A DNA stretch of 64,000 nucleotides. Source: Synergistaceae bacterium. GTDB lineage: Bacteria > Synergistota > Synergistia > Synergistales > Aminobacteriaceae. This document shows, one piece after another, positions 1 through 6,688 of the stretch (position 1 is its first letter; each line of letters starts with the position of its first letter). The notes below the pieces were generated by a model that ran no database searches, was not told where the DNA came from, and saw nothing but the letters and a program-made list of their open reading frames with translations. The position numbers were made by a program, and so were the translations under genes. Where the stretch lies: assembly GCA_017470485.1 (NCBI GenBank), contig JAFUYQ010000012.1:21535-85534 (forward strand), written 5' to 3'.

Positions 1-513
1 GTTACAGCCGTAAAGGACATTCCCCAGAACGCAAGGCGTGATTTAACGCTGGCACTGATAACTCTGAAATACACTCAGTCAAATTCAGTCTGTGTAACGA
101 AAGACGGTCAGACGTTAGGAGTCGGAGCAGGTCAGCAGTCGAGGCTTCATTGCGTGAAACTTGCGTGTGATAAGGCTGACTTGAGATTACTCCGCGAACA
201 CCCGAAAGTTTTAGAGCTTGAGTTCCGCGATGATTTAGGCCGTCCCGAACGCGACAACGCTATAGCCTCAATGCTTGCCGGTGATTTCCTCAAAGCTGAT
301 GAAAAACGTGATTTCCTCGCCGAAAACGTTGGGGGGAGTCTGGGGAGTGATGCTTTCTTCCCGTTCCCTGACAGCATAGAGAGGGCAAGACTTAGCGGCG
401 TGAAGTATGTCGCTCAGCCCGGCGGTTCAATCCGTGATGACCTCGTGATTAAGGCATGTGATGATTACGGAATGTCTATGGTCATGACCGGCAGGAGATT
501 GTTCCATCACTAA
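1..513 (+). CDS. purH: Bifunctional AICAR transformylase/IMP cyclohydrolase PurH, C-terminal part (5' end outside window)
   Basis: Frame 1 is open from nt 1. The translation ...VTKDGQTLGVGAGQQSRLHC...GSDAFFPFPDSIERARLSGVKYVAQPGGSIRDDLVIKACDDYGMSMVMTGRRLFHH matches the conserved PurH C-terminus. purD and purL lie downstream. Confidence 0.9.
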   Translation, partial: VTAVKDIPQNARRDLTLALITLKYTQSNSVCVTKDGQTLGVGAGQQSRLHCVKLACDKADLRLLREHPKVLELEFRDDLGRPERDNAIASMLAGDFLKADEKRDFLAENVGGSLGSDAFFPFPDSIERARLSGVKYVAQPGGSIRDDLVIKACDDYGMSMVMTGRRLFHH

Positions 514-528
514 GCGGAGGCAATAGCT

Positions 529-1233
529 GTGGAAATTCTCGCTGGAGTGTTCGTGAAGTATTGGGAGGAAGTTATAGTAGCAGTTATGTTGACTGCTACA
601 CTTCCTTTTATTCGCAGATATGTGAGGAGGCAGAGAGCGAAAATGCTTAGTATTTTCAAGGAAAGGGAACGTTTGAAAGCGGCATTGAGTGAGGCGGAAG
701 GACGTGCAGAGAGTGAGCGTAAGGTACGTGAGGAGTTGGAGCGCAAACTTGAGGCTGAGACTGCGGAGAGGCGGAAAGCAGTTGATGAGGCTGAAAATCT
801 GCGTGCATTGTTGGAACAGGAGCGCAAGGCACATGATGAGGCAGAGCGCAAATGTCAGGCTGAGGCGGACGAGAAGCGCAAGTTTCAAAGTGAGGCCGAA
901 AATCTGCGTGTCGCGTTGGAGCAGGAACAGAAAGCTCGTGAACAGGCGGAACGTACAATCGGTGCTGAAACTGTGGAGAGGCGCAAAGCTCAAGAAGAGA
1001 TAGAGGGGCTTCGGGCAGAAATTCAGCAGGAACGCAAAGCACGTGAGGAGATAGAGCGTAAATATCAGGCTGAAGCTGAGGAGCGGAGCAAAATTCAGTC
1101 TGACAATGAGCGTACTTGGGAGGCTCGCATGGAGGCTGAACGTCGGCGCACTAAGGAGTGGCAAAAGTCTCAAGAAGAAAGGCGCAAGGCATCAAGTCTA
1201 TCCAATTGGGGGATACCTAGTTATCTGAAATAA
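529..1233 (+). CDS. Membrane-anchored coiled-coil repeat protein (unknown function)
   Basis: GTG start 8 nt after GGAGG (516-520). One N-terminal hydrophobic helix (VIVAVMLTATLPFI) is followed by about 200 aa of E/K/R/A-rich sequence. That sequence has three clear 35-aa units: EAENLRALLEQERKAHDEAERKCQAEADEKRKFQS / EAENLRVALEQEQKAREQAERTIGAETVERRKAQE / EIEGLRAEIQQERKAREEIERKYQAEAEERSKIQS. Confidence 0.6.
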   Translation: MEILAGVFVKYWEEVIVAVMLTATLPFIRRYVRRQRAKMLSIFKERERLKAALSEAEGRAESERKVREELERKLEAETAERRKAVDEAENLRALLEQERKAHDEAERKCQAEADEKRKFQSEAENLRVALEQEQKAREQAERTIGAETVERRKAQEEIEGLRAEIQQERKAREEIERKYQAEAEERSKIQSDNERTWEARMEAERRRTKEWQKSQEERRKASSLSNWGIPSYLK

Positions 1234-1260
1234 AAAGCAACAACGAAAGAAGGCAAAAAC

Positions 1261-1300
1261 ATGAACATACTCATAATCGGCGGAGGCAGACGCGTAATCG
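1261..1300 (+). pseudogene. Duplicated fragment of the purD 5' end (start codon plus first ~9 codons, then degenerate)
   Basis: atgaacatactcataatcggcggaggc (1261-1287) is identical to the true purD start at 6689-6715. Similarity then decays (agacgcg-taatcgc vs ggacgtgaacatgtaatcgc). Confidence 0.85.
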
Positions 1301-1306
1301 CAGAAA

Positions 1307-1555
1307 ATGTTTAATGAAATTCAGTACTCAAAGCAGGCAATCAAATTCCTGAATAAACAGCCATTGCGGATTCGTCAGCTTATCGTTCAGGCAATAAAGC
1401 AAATCCCAGAGGGCGACATCGTAAAACTTCAGGGCAGAGATGGATACAGGTTACGGGTTGGAAGTTACAGAGTAATTTTCGACCACGATGGCCATATCAT
1501 TTTCATCAATAAAATCGGCAGTCGCGGAGATGTATACAAAGGAGGCAAAAACTGA
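1307..1555 (+). CDS. RelE/ParE-family type II toxin
   Basis: 82 aa. GYRLRVGSYRVIFDHDGHIIFINKIGSRGDVYK is the classic RelE/ParE C-terminal signature (YRLRVGdYRvIy...I.I..I.hRg..Y). Its ATG overlaps the stop of the purD-fragment mini-ORF (ATGTTTAA). Confidence 0.75.
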   Translation: MFNEIQYSKQAIKFLNKQPLRIRQLIVQAIKQIPEGDIVKLQGRDGYRLRVGSYRVIFDHDGHIIFINKIGSRGDVYKGGKN

Positions 1556-1792
1556 TTGAACGCAATTAAGGAACGAATATTCGGAGCTGTTACCGTAATG
1601 GATAACTCATCTGCCTTAAAGTTGTGGGAGTTTATCACAAACGAGTTTGTTCATTCGGCAGACTGGCACGGCATACCAGAAACAGAACCAGATGAATTTG
1701 ACTTGCATATGCTGGCGGAAATTGAACAGGATAAAGACTGTCATGAATTTATTCCGGCTGAAGAAGCTGAAAAAATGCTAGGTCTTGCATAA
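1556..1792 (+). CDS. Small acidic protein, putative cognate antitoxin (toxin-first gene order)
   Basis: It starts directly after the toxin stop (TGA 1553-1555; TTG 1556, alternative in-frame ATG 1598). 64-78 aa, acidic C-terminal half. The call is by position only; no DNA-binding motif is recognisable by eye. Confidence 0.4.
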   Translation: MNAIKERIFGAVTVMDNSSALKLWEFITNEFVHSADWHGIPETEPDEFDLHMLAEIEQDKDCHEFIPAEEAEKMLGLA

Positions 1793-1806
1793 CCCTAAAG
1801 AAAGAA

Positions 1807-1867
1807 GGCAAGACTTAGCAGTGTAAAGTATGTCGCTCAGCCCGGCGGTTCGATTCGTGATGACCTC
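1807..1867 (+). pseudogene. Duplicated internal fragment of the purH 3' region
   Basis: 61 nt (ggcaagacttagcagtgtaaagtatgtcgctcagcccggcggttcgattcgtgatgacctc) align without gaps to purH 384-444 with 5 mismatches. No intact reading frame continues. Confidence 0.85.
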
Positions 1868-1880
1868 TGTTAATGAAGGA

Positions 1881-1917
1881 ATTCAGCACACTGGGATATA
1901 GTGTGCTGAATTTTTTA
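1881..1917 (+). terminator. Rho-independent terminator
   Basis: Perfect 12-bp stem attcagcacact / agtgtgctgaat with a 7-nt loop, followed by a T-run (tttttt). Confidence 0.65.
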
Positions 1918-1949
1918 TGTTACACTTTAGTTTATTCTTTTGATGAGAG

Positions 1950-3899
1950 GTGCGGAAGTTTATGGAAAGCATTATCGAAATCGCGTTAGCATGTATTCTT
2001 TCAACCGTTCTTTTTGCTGCATTGATAATATACATCTCGAAACACCCGCAGAAAAGTACAAAGCCGCTGAAAATAATATTTGTCTTCATGTTCATATCCG
2101 GCATGATTCTATACTGCTACTGTCATTATCAGGTTCTCGAAAAGGCAAATCAGTCAGGTAATCCGGAAAACAGCCTTTTCGCATGGGCTAAAGACGCTTG
2201 GGCTTCAAAAATACTGTACATCTCAATGAGATCCGTCATCGACGTAGGAATGATGTTCTACGGACGCGCCGACAGTGATGCGTTCTACAAGCTGGACGAG
2301 GCTAAAGACCCGTTATATGTCTGCTTGTTCTGGCTGATTAACGTGGTTTCTTTCTGTACGGCTGCAAGCGCATTGCTCATACATTTCGGGAACGACCTCC
2401 TCAGATGGATTAAGATAGCACAAACAAAAGTCTCCGACATTGATTTAGTGTACGGCGTAAGCCCTGACTCGATTGCGTTCGGAAGAAATATCGCTGAAAC
2501 AAAGGGCAGAATGCTCATCTATGTTGACAGCATAATCGGAGAGGATTTCGAGGCTTCAATACGTGATATGGGCGGACTTAGCTATTCAGATAAAGACGCT
2601 CTGAAAGCTACTCAGTCATTCCTGAAAGAAATAAGAGTCAGACCACTGAAAACAAGACTCAGGCTTTTCGCTCTGTCCTATAAATACGATAATAACCTTC
2701 AATACGCCCGTATGATGTCCGAAAGTCTCCAGAAAGCCGGAATACTCCCCGAACAAACTGAACTTGTTCTTCTCGGCTCGGACGAATGGAAGGGAATTAT
2801 ATTCCAGTCCGGCGAAAATCAATACGGTTACGGGAAAGTTCTCTCGTTCGATGAATATGAGATGAGCGCACGCCTCCTCATCAATAAATATCCTCCGTGC
2901 AATGCAATACATTTCGACACAGACGGACGGGCGACTGAAAACATGGAAGTTCTCATAGTAGGGTTCGGGCGAATCGGTCATGAAGTCCTCCGAAAACTCA
3001 TCGCTAACGGACAGTTTGAGGGAAGCCGCTTCCATGCCACAATATATCAGCCTGATGTCGAAAACATCGCAGGGTTCTTCAAGTCTCAGTATCCTCTGAT
3101 GTTTGCGAAGGAAAATTACGACATCGACTTCCAGCTTCACGGCGGAAGAGGCAGCGAAATTTTCAGCTTCCTACGCGAAAACGCTCCCAAACTGAAATAT
3201 ATCGTCATATGCCTTGAGGACAGAGACCTCGCAAGAGACATAGCCGTCCGAATGGTCGAGAGTCTTCAAATCATGGGGTACTCCCTGAACGTTTACACCT
3301 GCGACTCGAAAAGCGTCAGATGTTACTCACAGTACGCAAGAGAGTGCGAAACTTACATGATATGCGACTCGGATCTCCTTTATTCCGGCGAACTCGACCG
3401 ATACGCTATGGAACTTAACCACCGTTACTGCGGAGGTTCAAGCCTCAATGAAGACTGGAAGAAGTGCGCTTACTTCGACAGAATGAGCAGCAGGGCAAGC
3501 GTTGATTACCTCATACCCGTAATCCGCAGAATAACGGCGAAAACTAACTCAAATGCCCTGACGCATGAACAGAGAGAAAATCTTGCGAAGAGCGAACATT
3601 TAAGATGGTGTGCGTTCCATTACACTTTCGGATTTGATGTCATGGACAAAAACGAGTTCATTCAGCGCGTTAAAGACCGTCAGAACGAAATCAGGCAGTT
3701 CGGGAAGTCATCAATCAAAGTAACGAAGGATAACAAGAAATTAACTCATGTATGTCTTGTTGACTGGGACGAACTTGACGAGATTTCGAGGATTGAGAAC
3801 TCACTGACTCACGGGAACAGGGACTACAAAGAATCTGACAGAATGAATGTCGATATGGTCGCTGAAATCATGAGAGATAACGGGGAAAAATCAAATTAA
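1950..3899 (+). CDS. Membrane protein with cytoplasmic Rossmann-like (TrkA-N-type) segment(s) and C-terminal RyR-domain-like repeats
   Basis: GTG 1950 or ATG 1962. About 4 hydrophobic helices lie in the first 150 aa. GxGxxG motif in MEVLIVGFGRIGHEVLRKLIANG. C-terminal motifs YAMELNHRY...W...SSRASVDYL and LAKSEHLRWCAFHYTFGF...KLTHVCLVDWDELDE...YKESDRMNV resemble the RyR domain consensus (LAexiHexW....GW...k.hP.LvpydeL.e..K..DR) as I recall it. Confidence 0.55.
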   Translation: MRKFMESIIEIALACILSTVLFAALIIYISKHPQKSTKPLKIIFVFMFISGMILYCYCHYQVLEKANQSGNPENSLFAWAKDAWASKILYISMRSVIDVGMMFYGRADSDAFYKLDEAKDPLYVCLFWLINVVSFCTAASALLIHFGNDLLRWIKIAQTKVSDIDLVYGVSPDSIAFGRNIAETKGRMLIYVDSIIGEDFEASIRDMGGLSYSDKDALKATQSFLKEIRVRPLKTRLRLFALSYKYDNNLQYARMMSESLQKAGILPEQTELVLLGSDEWKGIIFQSGENQYGYGKVLSFDEYEMSARLLINKYPPCNAIHFDTDGRATENMEVLIVGFGRIGHEVLRKLIANGQFEGSRFHATIYQPDVENIAGFFKSQYPLMFAKENYDIDFQLHGGRGSEIFSFLRENAPKLKYIVICLEDRDLARDIAVRMVESLQIMGYSLNVYTCDSKSVRCYSQYARECETYMICDSDLLYSGELDRYAMELNHRYCGGSSLNEDWKKCAYFDRMSSRASVDYLIPVIRRITAKTNSNALTHEQRENLAKSEHLRWCAFHYTFGFDVMDKNEFIQRVKDRQNEIRQFGKSSIKVTKDNKKLTHVCLVDWDELDEISRIENSLTHGNRDYKESDRMNVDMVAEIMRDNGEKSN

Positions 3900-3916
3900 C
3901 TGGAGGAAGATTCATC

Positions 3917-6016
3917 ATGGAACAGGAATTTAAGTATTACGCTTTCATCAGCTACAGCCACAAAGACCAGAAAATCGCCAAGCAGCTTCAGAAGCGTCTC
4001 GAACGCTATCATCTTCCGGCCACTATCATTGACGATCACCCTGACCTTCCCAAGAAACTCAGTCCAATCTTCGTTGACGAGTCAGACCTCGTAGCAATAG
4101 ACGGAAGCCTGAGCGATTCACTGAAAGGCTTTCTCAGTGAATCGAATTATCTCATTGTGATTTGTTCGCCCAACAGCGCAAAATCTCCGTACTGCAATGA
4201 CGAAGTGGACTACTTCATCAACACGCTGCACAGAGCGGATCACATTATCCCATTGATTGTCGGAGGATTACCGCACGCCCAAGACCCCTCGCTGGAATGC
4301 TTCACTCCTGCACTTCTGTCGCTTCCCAGAGAGCTTGAGCCGCTGGGAATTGACCTCAAGACGTTCGGAAAGCGTGATTCTTTTCTCAGGGTCATGGCCA
4401 CGATGCTGAGGCTGAATCTTGACTACTTCAAGTCGAGGGAGGACGAGGCGAGAAAAAGAAGGTTGATGATATTTGGGGCAATGGCGGCGGTACTTGCGGT
4501 GATTTTTGGGGTGCTTATCTGGTACAGTGTCGAGACATTTATTCTTATGCGGAGCGGTAGTTCAATTTCACAATTCTATTTTGGCCGAATGTATGAACGA
4601 ATGAAGAATTACGACAAGGCAAAGGAGTGGTATGAAAAGGCCGCCGCTAACGGTGATGCCACTGCTCAATTTAATCTGGGCTACATGTACGATAAAGGTT
4701 TGGGAGTAGAGCAGGACTACGCAAAGGCTGTAGAGTTGTACGAAAAGGCCGCTACTCAAGGTGATGCCGATGCTCAAAATAATCTAGGCATGATGTATGC
4801 ACATGGTCAAGGAATAGAGCAGGATTATGCAAAAGCTATAGAATGGTACGGAAAGGCAGTTGCTCAGGGTAATGCCTCTGCTCAAAATAATCTGGGCTAC
4901 ATGTACGATAAAGGCTTGGGAGTAAAGCAGGATTACGCAAAGGCTAGTGAATGGTACGAAAAGGCCGCCGCTCAGGGTCTTGCTAGTGCTCAAAATAATC
5001 TGGGCTACATGTACGATAAAGGTTTGGGAGTAAAGCAGGATTACGCAAAGGCTAGTGAATGGTACGAAAAGGCCGCCGCTCAGGGTCTTGCTAGTGCTCA
5101 AAATAATCTAGGCATGATGTACCATAACGGTCGTCAGGGAGTAAAGAAGGATTACGCAAAAGCTATAGAGTTGTACGAAAAGGCCACCGCTCAAGGTCAT
5201 GCCACTGCTCAAAATAATCTGGGCTATATGTACCAACATGGTCAAGGAGTAGAACAGGATTACGCAAAAGCTATAGAATGGTACGAAAAGGCAGTTGCTC
5301 AGGGTAATGCCGCTGCTCAAAATAATTTGGGCTGTATGTACGAACATGGTCGTGGAGTAAAGCAGGATTACGCAAAGGCTAGAGAGTTGTACGAAAAGGC
5401 CACCGCTCAAGGTCATGCCACTGCTCAATTTAATCTGGGCGTGATGTATTATAACGGTCAGGGAGTAAAGCAGGATTACGCAAAGGCTAGAGAGTTGTAC
5501 GAAAAGGCCGCTGCTCAAGGCGATGCCGATGCTCAAAATAATTTGGGCTGGATATACAATAAAGGCTTGGGAGTAGAGCAGGACTACGCAAAGGCTGTAA
5601 AGTTGTACGAAAAGGCCGCCGCTCAGGGGCAGGCCAATGCTCAAAATAATCTGGGCAATATGTACGAATACGGTAAGGGAGTAAAAAAGGATTACGCGAA
5701 AGCTATTGAATGGTACGAAAAGGCGGCAGCTCAGGGTCATGCCAAAGCTCAAGATAATTTTGTTGATATTGCCTTTATGTACGTCTGGGGCTGGGGAGTA
5801 GAACAGGATTATGTGAAAGGTAGGGAGCTGTATGAAAAGGCAGCTGCTCAGGGTAATGCTAAGGCTCAAAATGCTCTTGGCTTTATGTACGATAACGGCT
5901 TGGGAGTAGAACAGGACTACGCAAAAGCTATAGAATGGTACGAAAAGGCGGCAGCTCAAGGATTTTCAGACGCTCAAAAACGGCTGGACGAACTGAAAAA
6001 CTCACAGGCCAAATAA
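3917..6016 (+). CDS. TIR domain - single TM - ~13 Sel1-like repeat (SLR) protein
   Basis: GGAGG RBS. N-terminus YYAFISYSHKDQKIAKQL...NYLIVICSPNSAKSPYCNDEVDYF is TIR-like, with the conserved Glu at codon 96 (nt 4202-4204). TM at about aa 183-203, preceded by KRR. Then 13 units of 36 aa of type AQNNLGxMYxxGxGVxQDYAKAxEWYEKAAAQG (Sel1 signature). Confidence 0.85.
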   Translation: MEQEFKYYAFISYSHKDQKIAKQLQKRLERYHLPATIIDDHPDLPKKLSPIFVDESDLVAIDGSLSDSLKGFLSESNYLIVICSPNSAKSPYCNDEVDYFINTLHRADHIIPLIVGGLPHAQDPSLECFTPALLSLPRELEPLGIDLKTFGKRDSFLRVMATMLRLNLDYFKSREDEARKRRLMIFGAMAAVLAVIFGVLIWYSVETFILMRSGSSISQFYFGRMYERMKNYDKAKEWYEKAAANGDATAQFNLGYMYDKGLGVEQDYAKAVELYEKAATQGDADAQNNLGMMYAHGQGIEQDYAKAIEWYGKAVAQGNASAQNNLGYMYDKGLGVKQDYAKASEWYEKAAAQGLASAQNNLGYMYDKGLGVKQDYAKASEWYEKAAAQGLASAQNNLGMMYHNGRQGVKKDYAKAIELYEKATAQGHATAQNNLGYMYQHGQGVEQDYAKAIEWYEKAVAQGNAAAQNNLGCMYEHGRGVKQDYAKARELYEKATAQGHATAQFNLGVMYYNGQGVKQDYAKARELYEKAAAQGDADAQNNLGWIYNKGLGVEQDYAKAVKLYEKAAAQGQANAQNNLGNMYEYGKGVKKDYAKAIEWYEKAAAQGHAKAQDNFVDIAFMYVWGWGVEQDYVKGRELYEKAAAQGNAKAQNALGFMYDNGLGVEQDYAKAIEWYEKAAAQGFSDAQKRLDELKNSQAK
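4880..5095 (+). repeat. Near-perfect tandem duplication, 2 x 108 bp (three SLR-length... one SLR unit each) inside the TIR-SLR gene
   Basis: 4880-4987 and 4988-5095 differ at one position (aaaggCttggg vs aaaggTttggg). Both encode AQNNLGYMYDKGLGVKQDYAKASEWYEKAAAQGLAS. Confidence 0.9.
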
Positions 6017-6038
6017 TTCTGAAGGAGGTTTTATCAAA

Positions 6039-6683
6039 ATGACATCAATGAATCTGACTGTTGACGGTAAATTACTGGACATGCTCACACGCTCAAGCTC
6101 CGCGCTCGGCGTTGAGGTCAGTCAGGTATTGAACGACGCTGTGGGAGCGTACTTCCGCAAACTCGTTACCGACGGAAAAATCCCGATGGACGAAGCCTGC
6201 TCCTCATTGAGCAGTAACACCCCTGAGACTGAATACACCCTCGCTGACTCAAAATCCCTCAGCGACCACAGAAAATACAGCCTCACTCAAAAAGAACGCT
6301 CAGCATTAAGCAAAACTCAGCTCAAAAACGCCGGCAAGGCCGAGAACGGCGACCCTAAAGCCCAGAACGTCATGGGAACTTATTACGAGAGCGGAAACGG
6401 TGTCGAGAAAGATTACATGAAAGCGATTTACTGGTACACTAAATCAGCGGAGCAGGGAAACTCTAACGCTCAGTATCATCTCGCTGTCCTCTATAACAAG
6501 GTCGAGGATAACCCGTTGAAGTCGTATTACTGGTTTGAGGTAGCGAGGCTTTGCGGTTTCAATGTAACGGCGATTCATCAGGATTATATGCTGAGATTGA
6601 CTGAGAGGCTTTCGGAGCGTCAGATAAAACTCGCTCAGGACGAAGCCTTAAAGAAATTCAACGCAATACAGAAAGGAGAATAA
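6039..6683 (+). CDS. Ribbon-helix-helix-like N-terminus fused to Sel1-like repeats
   Basis: AGGAGG RBS. MNLTVDGKLLDMLTRSSSALGVEVSQVLNDAVGAYFRKL fits the beta-alpha-alpha RHH (CopG/Arc) pattern. The C-terminal half has SLR units (AQNVMGTYYESGNGVEKDYMKAIYWYTKSAEQGNSNAQYHLAVLY). Confidence 0.6.
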   Translation: MTSMNLTVDGKLLDMLTRSSSALGVEVSQVLNDAVGAYFRKLVTDGKIPMDEACSSLSSNTPETEYTLADSKSLSDHRKYSLTQKERSALSKTQLKNAGKAENGDPKAQNVMGTYYESGNGVEKDYMKAIYWYTKSAEQGNSNAQYHLAVLYNKVEDNPLKSYYWFEVARLCGFNVTAIHQDYMLRLTERLSERQIKLAQDEALKKFNAIQKGE

Positions 6684-6688
6684 ATCAC

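Noticed and set aside
427-1173. 248-aa and 113/128-aa ORFs antisense or out of frame to the coiled-coil gene
   Set aside because: The purine-rich repetitive coding sequence keeps alternative frames open. The translations are low-complexity and the 248-aa ORF would overlap the purH 3' end.
4568-5959. Long minus-strand ORFs (69, 105 and 283 aa) antisense to the TIR-SLR gene
   Set aside because: They mirror the 108-bp periodicity of the Sel1 repeats and encode low-complexity L/S/V-rich sequence. They have no RBS and are fully embedded in a strongly supported plus-strand gene, so they are repeat-driven artefacts.
3917-6016. Regularly spaced ~108-bp repeats that could be mistaken for a CRISPR-like array
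   Set aside because: The repeats are contiguous with no unique spacers, are in-frame, and encode Sel1 units. No cas genes are present.
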